Assembly: GCA_963668695.2 (NCBI GenBank)
Contig: CAXXLQ010000004.1
Location: 3,744,001 to 3,808,000, forward strand
Direction of reading: 5' to 3'
Source: Vicinamibacteria bacterium
GTDB lineage: Bacteria; Acidobacteriota; Vicinamibacteria; Marinacidobacterales; Marinacidobacteraceae
DNA: 64,000 nt
Part shown: positions 1 through 8,352 of the stretch, in pieces
Layout of the letters: the number at the start of each line of letters is the position of its first letter
Position numbering within the stretch: the first letter of the stretch is position 1
The notes under the pieces: model-generated
Database searches by the model: none
What the model was told of the DNA's origin: nothing
Seen by the model: only the letters and a program-made list of their open reading frames with translations
Made by a program: the position numbers and the translations under genes

Positions 1-1
1 C

Positions 2-937
2 CTCGCGGTGGATCTCGACGCCGAGCCTTCAGCCGGAGTCGCGGGAGCGCCGCCGCTCCGGGCGGGCTCGCTCGCCGATGCGGAGGCCGACGGCGTGCTG
101 GGGTTGCTCGCCTCAACCTGGTCCAAGGACTCGGGCACTCTGCACGACGGCATCTCACGACCGGGGAGCCGGCTGCTGACACTCGCTCCACTGCTCAGGA
201 TGCCCGACGTGTTCCCGCTCGCCGAAATCCTCACCGAGCTCCTCGAGCTGGCGGAAGAGGCCTGCCGCGCTCCGGTGGAGCTGGAGTTTGCGGCCAACCT
301 TTCGGTTCCGCGGGGAAGCCCCCGCGAATTCGGATTCGTCCAGTTGCGGCGCCTCCAGCGGACCCGCGAGCCACCGCCGGCGGAGGCGACCGCCGTCGCG
401 AGCGGGGAGGGTGTCCTCTGCCGGAGTTCCCAGGTGCTTGGTCACGGGCAGATCGAAGGCATCCATGACCTCGTCGTCGTCCATCGGGATACCTTCGACC
501 GGCTGAAGAGCCGGGAGGTGGCCCGCGATGTCGCCCGGCTCAACAGCCGCCTCCAGCGCGAGAATCGTCCCTATGCGCTCATCGGCGTGGGGCGCTGGGG
601 ATCACGGGACCGCTTCCTCGGGATTCCGGTTACCTGGGAGCAGGTGAGCGGCGCCCGGGTCATCGTGGAAGCCGGGTTCCGGGATCTCATCGTCACGCCT
701 TCGCAGGGGACCCACTTCTTCGACAACCTGGTCTCGAACGGGATCGGCTACTTCACCGTGAACCCCGAGCGCGGTGACGGCGTCCTCGATTGGGACTGGC
801 TGGGTAGCCAGCCCGCGCTCTGGGAGAGCGGCCCCGTCCGCCACTTGCGTCTCCGCTCGCCCCTCCGGGTGCGCATGCAGGGAGGCCAGAGCGACGGCTG
901 GATCCTGAAGGAATCTCCCGACGGACCGGGTGACTGA
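2..937 (+). CDS. PEP/pyruvate-binding-domain protein (PEP synthase/PPDK-like family), C-terminal part; 5' end lies outside the window
   Basis: Frame is open from the window start. Motifs PVELEFAANL, GVGRWGSRDRFLGIPVTWEQVSGARVIVE and SQGTHFFDNLVSNGIGY are typical of this family's C-terminus. Confidence 0.7.
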   Translation, partial: LAVDLDAEPSAGVAGAPPLRAGSLADAEADGVLGLLASTWSKDSGTLHDGISRPGSRLLTLAPLLRMPDVFPLAEILTELLELAEEACRAPVELEFAANLSVPRGSPREFGFVQLRRLQRTREPPPAEATAVASGEGVLCRSSQVLGHGQIEGIHDLVVVHRDTFDRLKSREVARDVARLNSRLQRENRPYALIGVGRWGSRDRFLGIPVTWEQVSGARVIVEAGFRDLIVTPSQGTHFFDNLVSNGIGYFTVNPERGDGVLDWDWLGSQPALWESGPVRHLRLRSPLRVRMQGGQSDGWILKESPDGPGD

Positions 938-963
938 CGGGGGCGACTGAGCGCCGTCCGTCG

Positions 964-1128
964 GGGGAAGATCAGCCTCTACGGGAGGAGCAGTCCCTTC
1001 GGGGAAGATCAGCCCCTACGGGAAAATCAGCCCCTACGGGAAAATCAGCCCCTACGGGAAAATCAGCCCCTACGGGAAAATCAGCCCCTACAGCCCCTAC
1101 GGGAAGACGAGCCCCTACGGGAAGATCA
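964..1128. repeat. 18-bp tandem repeat (GGGAAAATCAGCCCCTAC), about 8 units, some degenerate
   Basis: Directly visible. On the minus strand each unit reproduces the end of the SSS gene (..TTCCCG TAG GGGCT). Confidence 0.9.
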
Positions 1129-2737
1129 AATAGATCGCCGCGATCGCCGCCAGCGCGAGGCCGCCCTTCCAGAAGACTCCCGGCAGCGGCGTCAGATCGA
1201 CCCCGGTGACCGGGGCCGGCGGTTCGTAGACGACCGTGCGGGGCCAGCGCCACGCGGCGAGCGCGAGTCCCGCCACCAGAATCAGGAAACTGATCCCCAT
1301 GTGGTGGAGGAAGGCGGTCTCGGGCCAGCCGAGCCGCAGGGCGGCATAGATCGGAATCCCTCCCAGCAGCCCGGCCCGCGCGGCGAACGCCGGGATCCGG
1401 GTCGACACCACTCCGGCGAAGAAGACCGCGACGATCCCGGGGGTGACGAAGCCCCAGACCGTCTGGATGTACCGGAACACGCCGGGGAATCCACCGATCA
1501 GGGGCGCCCAGAGGCAGGCGGCGATCACGAAGACGGTGGAGGCGACGCGAGCGATCCGAACCGAGGAAACGCCCCCGTCTGCCTCCGGACTCCGGCTCCG
1601 GCGGAAGAGACGGTGGTGCACGTCGAGCGCGTACATCGTGGAAGCCGAGTTCAGCATCGAATTGAAGGAACTCATGATCGCCCCCGCGAGCGCGGCGAGC
1701 AGCACCCCACGGAGCGCCGGCGGGACAAGTTCCCGAACCAGCACCGGATACGCCTGATCGGGATGGACGATCTGGTCGCCGTAGAGCTGCATCGCGAGGA
1801 TGCCGGGGAAGCAGATCAGGAACGGCACCAGGATCTTGAGCCAGGCCGCGAAGATGATCCCCCGCTGGCCCTCGGCGAGGCTGCTGGCGGCGAGCGTGCG
1901 CTGGATGATGAACTGGTTCACCCCCCAGTAGAAGAACTGCGCGATCCAGAGCCCGCCGATGAATACTGCGGTCCAGGGAACCTCCGGATGGTCGGCGGGC
2001 AGGATCGTGTGCAGCCGGTCCTCGTTCTCCGCAAGAAATCGCGCGGCGCCGGCCAATACACCGTCGTCCCCGCCGAGCTCCGAGAAGCCGAGCCAGAGCA
2101 CCATCGCCCCGCCGGCGAGGATCGCGATCCCCTGGATGAAGTCGGACCAAACGACCGCCCTCAGTCCGCCGTAGATCGTGTAGACGCTGGCCAGCAGACC
2201 GATACCCCACACCCCCAGCAAGGTGGCCGCTAACTCCGCGGCAGCGGGGGAAAGCCCCAACAGGTTCCCGAGGATTTCGGGCAGCAGGAAGATGGCGTTC
2301 AGCGCCACCGCCCCGGCGTAGAGCACCGTCGCCATTGCGACGAACACGGTGGCGGCCGTGAGGAGGGCGGCGAGGATGGTCCGGCTCCCCCGGTCGTATC
2401 GCCGCTCCAGGAACTCCGGCATGGTGAACACGCCGCTCTTCAGGTAGCGGGGCAGCAGAAACCACCCGATGACGATGAGGGCCGCCGCCGCCGTCCACTC
2501 GTAGCTGGCGATCGCAAGGCCGATGTCGGTGGCCGCCGACCCGGACATCCCGACGAAGTGCTCGGTCGAGATGTTGGTCGCAACGAGCGACATCCCGATG
2601 GCCCAACCACCGAGGTTCCGGCCGGCGAGGAAGTACCCCTCCGCCGTTCGCCGTCCGCGCGACGCCCGCAGAGAAACGAAGACCACGGCCCCGAGGAAGA
2701 GGACGAAGGTCAGCAGATCGGTGGTGGAGAGCGGCAT
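1115..2737 (-). CDS. Sodium:solute symporter (SSS/SGLT family), probably sugar-related
   Basis: 540 aa with many TM helices. Motifs YFLAGR, SLVATNISTEHFVGMSG, YTIYGGLRAVVWSD, FYWGVNQFIIQRTL and AIMSSFNSMLNSAST. Confidence 0.93.
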   Translation of the reverse strand: MPLSTTDLLTFVLFLGAVVFVSLRASRGRRTAEGYFLAGRNLGGWAIGMSLVATNISTEHFVGMSGSAATDIGLAIASYEWTAAAALIVIGWFLLPRYLKSGVFTMPEFLERRYDRGSRTILAALLTAATVFVAMATVLYAGAVALNAIFLLPEILGNLLGLSPAAAELAATLLGVWGIGLLASVYTIYGGLRAVVWSDFIQGIAILAGGAMVLWLGFSELGGDDGVLAGAARFLAENEDRLHTILPADHPEVPWTAVFIGGLWIAQFFYWGVNQFIIQRTLAASSLAEGQRGIIFAAWLKILVPFLICFPGILAMQLYGDQIVHPDQAYPVLVRELVPPALRGVLLAALAGAIMSSFNSMLNSASTMYALDVHHRLFRRSRSPEADGGVSSVRIARVASTVFVIAACLWAPLIGGFPGVFRYIQTVWGFVTPGIVAVFFAGVVSTRIPAFAARAGLLGGIPIYAALRLGWPETAFLHHMGISFLILVAGLALAAWRWPRTVVYEPPAPVTGVDLTPLPGVFWKGGLALAAIAAIYLIFP

Positions 2738-3254
2738 GCGGCCCGGGGATTGTGAGGCAACTCAGGGTCGAGCGACCCGCTGCCGGGGCTTCTCCCCCTG
2801 TTGGTCACGTCAAGAGCAGAAGCAAGGGCAAGCCCCGCCAGCGGATCGCCCGGCGCTTCGCGCCGGGCTTTCGAAGTGCGGCGAGAGCCGTACGGAGACC
2901 CCGGAGCGGGAGGGGTTGGAGTCGGGGGACCCGACTCCCAGCCGCTCCTGGCTCGGGAATCGCAACTCCCTTGCGCGCCTTCGGCGCACGGCGGCGAGTT
3001 CCGATTCGTCATTGCCGATTGTGAAAGGGGGTGACGCCTGGGGTGACCCCCTTTCACACTTTCCCCCGAAATCGCCGGCAGCGAACCAAGTTCGCTGCCA
3101 TTGGTTTTGTCGCACGCTCGACAGTACGCCGGTCTTTCAGAGAGTGCGCCCCGAGATAGGAGCACCGGGCAGTTCTCCCGGTGGCCTACAGACCGGCATC
3201 GCTCCCCGCAGGGGAGCGAAACGCAACGCGCCCGCTCGCGCGAACCGTGGGCAG

Positions 3255-4418
3255 CTACCCGAACGCCCCGCTGATCAGCCGCGACCCACCCACAAACGTC
3301 CCGATGACGCTGCCGATCGTCGGCAAAATGAGCGCCAGCGCGATCTTGAGCGCCCGGTTCCGGAACCAGCGCCGGGGAACCAGCGCGTCCGCCTTCAGCT
3401 CCCGCAGCTCGAACACCCGCGGTGGCCGGACCCAGGCCTGGACGAACGCGGTGACGTAGCCGGCCCCCATGACCGGGGTAAGACTCGTGAACGGGGCGCA
3501 CAAGAAAGCCGCCAGCACCGTAAGCGGGTGCGCGAGCGCCAGCACGGCTCCGATCGCCGCCGGGATCGAGTTCACCGCGATCCAGAAGAGCGCACCGTCG
3601 GAGGCGGCGTCCGCCCCCCGCACCGCCCAGGTCCAGCCCAGCGTCCCCAAAATGACGATCGGAATGGCGAGCCCGATGATCCGGCCGGCCTTCCCCGGCG
3701 GCGGAACCCGGGCCAGCGGTGCGGTGGAGACCTCTTCCGAACGGAGCAAAGTGCGCTCAACGCCGTCGAGATGCCCCGCCCCGATCACCACCACCAGACG
3801 GCCTCCCGGAACCGCCTTCACCGCCTCGCCGATCCAGGTGTCCCGTTCGTCGATGACTACTTCCTTGAGGGTGGGAAACGCTTCCCCCAGTTCGCTCACG
3901 AGCCGCGACACCACGTCCCCGGAGAGCAGCTCTTCGATGTCCTCCTTCGTCGGCTCGTCGGCGCTCCCCGATTCGAGACCCCCGGCGAGCAGCTTGACCT
4001 TCTGCCAGAAACTGGCCCGCCTCCACACCCGAAGGAGGGTGATTCGTACCTGGCGGTCCACCAGATGGACCTTCGCCCCCACATCTTCGGCAGTCTTCGC
4101 CGCTTCCCGGAGTTCGGCGCCCGGCTCGACGCCGAGCCGGAGCCCCATCCGCGCCTGCCAGGCGCCGAGCGCCACCCCGGCGAGCAGCGGCAGGAGCTTC
4201 CGCTCCCGGACGACCTGCTTCAGGTCGAGCCGCTCGATGGCCCCCGGGTCCATAAGCGCCTGGTAGCGGTCGCCGTCCAGCTCGATGCACACCCCGTCGG
4301 GCTGCTCGCGCTCGATGGTCTCCCGCACGAGGCGCACGGAGTCCGGAGAAATGTGGGCCGTTCCCACCAGCACCACCTCGCGCTCCTCCGGCCAGTCGGG
4401 ACGGCGGAGACGGCGCAC
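3255..4418 (-). CDS. TraB/GumN (pheromone-shutdown-related TraB) family protein with C-terminal membrane domain
   Basis: LVGTAHIS, VCIELD, PGAE, LVDR.V.ITL.R, IDERD, VVVIGAGHLDG, followed by hydrophobic helices. Confidence 0.9.
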   Translation of the reverse strand: MRRLRRPDWPEEREVVLVGTAHISPDSVRLVRETIEREQPDGVCIELDGDRYQALMDPGAIERLDLKQVVRERKLLPLLAGVALGAWQARMGLRLGVEPGAELREAAKTAEDVGAKVHLVDRQVRITLLRVWRRASFWQKVKLLAGGLESGSADEPTKEDIEELLSGDVVSRLVSELGEAFPTLKEVVIDERDTWIGEAVKAVPGGRLVVVIGAGHLDGVERTLLRSEEVSTAPLARVPPPGKAGRIIGLAIPIVILGTLGWTWAVRGADAASDGALFWIAVNSIPAAIGAVLALAHPLTVLAAFLCAPFTSLTPVMGAGYVTAFVQAWVRPPRVFELRELKADALVPRRWFRNRALKIALALILPTIGSVIGTFVGGSRLISGAFG

Positions 4419-4438
4419 CAGCGGGGGGCCTGGTGAAG

Positions 4439-4990
4439 TCAGTCGGAACTCCGGTCGGACGCCAGACGTCCTTCGTCGTCAACCAGCCGCACCCGGATCG
4501 GAAGGGAGTCGCTCCACTTCCAGAGGACGAGGTTCCGGTCGTCGTCACCGGGATTGCCAGAGAGATCGTCTGCCTGCGGCAACCCGACGGGAACGAAACT
4601 CGGGACGAGCATTCCTGCATAACCCTGAGCGATCAGGCGCTCGGCGAGCTGCTGCGAATCCGGGATACCCCCTCCCAGCATGCGCCGCTCCCAATCTGGA
4701 CAGTCCAGGTCGGCGGCCGATGCTCCCGCGGCGGCCAAAGTCGAGGCATCCGTTGCGTCGAAAACGGGTTCCACGCTCACATCGTACGAACAGAGAAGGA
4801 CCGGCTGGAGGGGGAACAAAGGCTGGCTCACTTCCCGAAGGGCGCCGAACAACAAGAGGGCGGTGTAGAAGGCCGACGTCCCCTGCCGGTTGAATCGTCC
4901 ACCGCGACGACGGGCGCCTTCGCCCGACAGCGGGTCGTCCCATGCCCACCGCGGCTTGTGCGCCCGGTACACATAGCCGCGGAACCGCAC
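4439..4990 (-). CDS. RES-domain toxin (RES-Xre / MbcT / ParT-like)
   Basis: VYRAH...LSGEGARRRGGRFNRQG..AFYTA...ALRE...GMLVPS...NLVLW provides the R/E/S residues. Lies 4 bp downstream of its antitoxin. Confidence 0.88.
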   Translation of the reverse strand: MRFRGYVYRAHKPRWAWDDPLSGEGARRRGGRFNRQGTSAFYTALLLFGALREVSQPLFPLQPVLLCSYDVSVEPVFDATDASTLAAAGASAADLDCPDWERRMLGGGIPDSQQLAERLIAQGYAGMLVPSFVPVGLPQADDLSGNPGDDDRNLVLWKWSDSLPIRVRLVDDEGRLASDRSSD

Positions 4991-4994
4991 GACG

Positions 4995-5345
4995 TCAGGC
5001 GAAACCGCCGTCCATCACCCGGTCGAGGTGGGCATGGACCCAGTCCGCGTGACCATCCTGAACAAGCCGCTGCGGCGTCATCCCATCGAAGCCGGAAAGC
5101 GGCTGGGCGCGGAACCACGCGTACGCAGCGAGCGGTGACCCGCTGTATTCGGAAACCCGCTGGACGATCTCCATCATCTGACGAAGCCGGATCTGGGTCT
5201 TGACGGCCCCCACGCGGGCCTTGCGCGAAAGGGCGTCGCGCGGCAGGCCGAGGGTGTCGGCGATCTCCGCCCGGGTCGTGCGGAGCGCCTTGGCGATGAG
5301 CGCCGGAGAGAACTGGTCGTTCTCGACGAACTCCTGAATCTGCAT
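4995..5345 (-). CDS. Xre/MbcA/ParS-type antitoxin
   Basis: Start ATG at 5345 with a GGAGG RBS; the longer ORF runs into a MITE. HTH-like N-terminus and C-terminal AYAWFRAQPLSGFDGMTPQRLV. Confidence 0.85.
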   Translation of the reverse strand: MQIQEFVENDQFSPALIAKALRTTRAEIADTLGLPRDALSRKARVGAVKTQIRLRQMMEIVQRVSEYSGSPLAAYAWFRAQPLSGFDGMTPQRLVQDGHADWVHAHLDRVMDGGFA

Positions 5346-5364
5346 GGGTGCCTCCGCCGAATGC

Positions 5365-5400
5365 CACTCGGATTCACGCATTCTAGCGTGATTCTGAGTG
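5365..5400. promoter_or_regulatory. Putative autoregulatory operator of the RES-Xre operon
   Basis: 15-bp imperfect inverted repeat CACTCGGATTCACGC / GCGTGATTCTGAGTG flanking ATTCTA, which reads TAGAAT (-10-like) on the minus strand. Confidence 0.55.
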
Positions 5401-5425
5401 TAATAACCCGACAGGCACGGCTTAA

Positions 5426-5604
5426 CAGCCTGTGGCAAAACCCACGCGGCGTTCGACCGGCGATCCATCCCGGCTGAACCACTCCGCTTCGCTGCGTTCT
5501 GCGTTGCGTTTCGGTCGAAATACACCCGGTATTCCTCCCTCACGCGCCTTGTCAGCCGGGCGCCTCGCCGGTCTCGGCGCTCACGTGAGTTTCACCACAG
5601 GCTG
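5426..5604 (-). mobile_element. MITE family A, copy 1 (179 bp)
   Basis: TIRs CAGCCTGTGG...CCACAGGCTG. TTAA is duplicated at 5422-5425 and 5605-5608. Near-identical inverted copy at 26352. Confidence 0.88.
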
Positions 5605-8238
5605 TTAACGCGGGGCGCGCGACGCCGCGATCAGGTTGCCGAGCAGCCGGAACGCTCCCGGCACCCCCTCGGGAAGCTGCCGGTGGAGCGCATAGGCGAA
5701 GTAGGTGTAACGCCCCTCGCCCACCTCCGCGGTGAGCGCCCCGCCCCGCTGGGGGTCCTGCCCGGTGTCCTGCGTCTCGAAGAGCGCGGTGTAGGCGCCG
5801 TCCCATCCGCTCCAGAACTTGGAGCCCCGCTGCTCCACCCAGCCTTCGAGGTCGGCGGGGCCGATCCGGTGGGGCCAGCTCAGCAGCGGATGTTCCGGCG
5901 CCAGGATGGTCAGCGGGCTGTCCTCCTCGGAGACCTCCTCGGACCGGAGCGGCAGCACTCCCGGGTAGGGCGCGTGCTGGTCCGGGACCAGTTCGTTCGT
6001 GTTGTAGAGCACGACGAGGTGTCCTCCGGCCCGGGCGTAGTCGAGGAGCCGCCGGTTGGCCCGGTGGAGATCCGGCCGGACCGCGTAGGCGCGCGTCCCG
6101 GTCATCACCGCGTCGTAGCCGCTCAGATCGGAGTTCAGCAGCGCCGCTTCGTCCAGCAGGGTCACCTCGGCTCCGAGCGCCTCGATACCGGCGGGGACCT
6201 CGTCCCCCGCCCCCACCACGTAGCCCACCCGGAGACCGGCAGGAACCGCCAGCTCGACGCCCGCCACGCGCAGCGACGCCGGGCGGACCAGGTAGCGGAG
6301 CGCCAGGTCCCGGTGGGCGATGCGGGTGTAGCCGATCGCCGGCTCCGGCTCGCCCGAACCCGCGGCCACTGTCGCCGCGATCTCGTAGGCGCCCGCCGGT
6401 GCGCCTCCGGGATGGACGGTGAAGCGAACGCCTGCCTCCTCCCCGGCCCGGTCGAAGGCTACGGTGGCGTCGGCAGGTTCCGCCCGGAAGCCGTCCGGCA
6501 GGTCGAGCCCGACCCGGAACTCTCCCGCCTGGTGTCCGGTGACGACCAGATTCGCGGCAAAGGAGGCGTCGCCTTCACCGGAGGGGAAGACGGAAAATCC
6601 GGGCGCGAAGGAGGCCGACACCGGCGGCAGGATCTCCACTTCCCGCCGCTCGTAGCCGTAGGGGAGATTGGACTCGAAACGCGCCACGGGAACGCTCAGC
6701 GCCACCGGAACCGTCTCGCCGCCGTCGCCCGCGGGAACCTCCAGTTCCAGCGTCGCGGTGACCCCCGGGGGCGGGGCGCCGAGCGTCCAGTCGCCGTGGG
6801 TGCGGTAGCGGCTCTCGCCGAGCCCGGACCGCTCGACGTGCGGACGCAGCACGGGAGCGTCCGCGGCGAGGGTCACGAGAAATCGGTGCGCTCCCCCGTC
6901 TGCGTCAAAACCCGGAAGGGCCTCGACTTCGCCGGGAGCTTCGACCGAAACGCCGGTGATCCGCACCGCAGCGAGGGCTTCGGCGCCGACTTGGACCTCG
7001 ACTTGGACCTCGAACCGCTGCCCGGGGACGACGGGCCCGAAGGCGGGAGGCGGGGCGAACGGGGAATCGCCGGTCTCGGCGGCCGGCTCGCGGGCCACCG
7101 CATCCAGCCGAGTTCCGGCCGCGTAGCGGATCGCGGCGAGGAGCTGCTCCTCCTTCCGCTCGAGGTCGTGCCGCACGTCGAAGAACCCGGACGGCGAGCG
7201 CTCGGCGAGCAACTCTCTGGCTGCGACGAGCGCCTGGCCGAGCCGCGGCAGGCTCGCTTCCGGGGCGCTCCAATTGAACTCGGCGGCCACCGCCCGGAAG
7301 TGCGCGTCCAGCCGCTCCAGCACCTCGGCGAGGCGCCCTGGTACCACCGGACCGAACCGGGCGGAAAGCGAAGCCCGCTCCGGACTGAGCATGGCGAGAA
7401 GATCGTTTTCGGCGCCGGGATCTCCGTCGGCGCGGATGAGGCGGGCGGTACCTCGCCCGGTGACGGGCCGGACCACGCCGCGGGTCTGGGAACGCTGGTA
7501 GGAGAGCCCCACCGCGTTCAGCTCGGCGAACGAATGCGAAAGCCAGGGCCGCGACCCCGAGACATCAACCTCGAACTCCCCGTCCTCATCGCGTCCCCGG
7601 TGAAAGAAGGCGATCGGCAGATGCGGCCTCCGGCCCTCCCGGGTCGGGAACGCGCCCATGTCCGGGGCGCCGTCGAAACCCCGCGCCGCCATCCGCCCGG
7701 CGAACTGGTGCTGGCCGTGCCCATCCCGCGGGTCCCCGGTGAAGCGCGCCAGGATGACCATCGGCCGCTCCCGGCGGATGACTTCCACGACGTCCGCCAC
7801 CGCCGATTCCTCGTCCCACGAGCGGAGCGCTTCGTCGAGGTTCTTCGAGTAACCGTAGTCGGCAAGGGGGGTGTGGTAGATCCGGTCGAGGCCGTACCAG
7901 TTCCCGGCCGCCTCGAGTTCCGCGGCCCGGATCAGCCCGAGCCCGTCGAACAGCTCCGGACCGATGGCGTTCGCCCCCGCCTCGCCCCGGGTGATGCTGA
8001 GGAGCGCCGTGCGCACCCCGTGGCCCCGGCTCAGCAGTGCGAGCAGCGCCCCGTTCTCGTCGTCGGGATGCGCGGTGACGTGCAACACCGACCCGGTGGT
8101 CTGGAGTTTCTGGATCCAGTGCCAGGCCATCGCCGCCCGTCCCTGCCCCGGTCCGGTCGGCTGGGCAGCCGCCACACCGGCGACCGCGAGGAAGACGGAA
8201 ACCGATCCCAGACCACGAACGAAACGAAACCGCCACAT
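5605..8238 (-). CDS. PIG-L/LmbE family deacetylase, secreted, with C-terminal class I glutamine-amidotransferase-like domain
   Basis: Signal peptide, AHPDDE, TRGEAGAN, DYGYSK, DGHGQHQ, and C-terminal VGYVVGAGDEVP...GGHLVVLYN...RQLPEGVPGAFRL. Confidence 0.9.
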   Translation of the reverse strand: MWRFRFVRGLGSVSVFLAVAGVAAAQPTGPGQGRAAMAWHWIQKLQTTGSVLHVTAHPDDENGALLALLSRGHGVRTALLSITRGEAGANAIGPELFDGLGLIRAAELEAAGNWYGLDRIYHTPLADYGYSKNLDEALRSWDEESAVADVVEVIRRERPMVILARFTGDPRDGHGQHQFAGRMAARGFDGAPDMGAFPTREGRRPHLPIAFFHRGRDEDGEFEVDVSGSRPWLSHSFAELNAVGLSYQRSQTRGVVRPVTGRGTARLIRADGDPGAENDLLAMLSPERASLSARFGPVVPGRLAEVLERLDAHFRAVAAEFNWSAPEASLPRLGQALVAARELLAERSPSGFFDVRHDLERKEEQLLAAIRYAAGTRLDAVAREPAAETGDSPFAPPPAFGPVVPGQRFEVQVEVQVGAEALAAVRITGVSVEAPGEVEALPGFDADGGAHRFLVTLAADAPVLRPHVERSGLGESRYRTHGDWTLGAPPPGVTATLELEVPAGDGGETVPVALSVPVARFESNLPYGYERREVEILPPVSASFAPGFSVFPSGEGDASFAANLVVTGHQAGEFRVGLDLPDGFRAEPADATVAFDRAGEEAGVRFTVHPGGAPAGAYEIAATVAAGSGEPEPAIGYTRIAHRDLALRYLVRPASLRVAGVELAVPAGLRVGYVVGAGDEVPAGIEALGAEVTLLDEAALLNSDLSGYDAVMTGTRAYAVRPDLHRANRRLLDYARAGGHLVVLYNTNELVPDQHAPYPGVLPLRSEEVSEEDSPLTILAPEHPLLSWPHRIGPADLEGWVEQRGSKFWSGWDGAYTALFETQDTGQDPQRGGALTAEVGEGRYTYFAYALHRQLPEGVPGAFRLLGNLIAASRAPR

Positions 8239-8352
8239 GGCCCGGAAGTGTAGGAGGGAAATGTCGATCCCGGCGTCACACCGCCCAACGGGTGGCGGGT
8301 ACCTCTCAAGGGAACTGTCTTTGCCGACAGTATCCGTATGGCTGAGCGGCTT

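Noticed and set aside
964-1128. Possible CRISPR array
   Set aside because: Units are contiguous 18-mers without unique spacers, and no cas genes are present.
3128-3200. Glycine riboswitch suggested by CTTTCAG and GAGAG
   Set aside because: The conserved elements are not in the correct order, and they lie on the wrong strand for the downstream gene.
972-8253. Long alternative-frame ORFs (972-2606, 2523-4436, 5683-8253) and similar ones elsewhere
   Set aside because: They are Arg/Pro/Gly-rich shadow ORFs overlapping well-supported genes, as expected in high-GC DNA.
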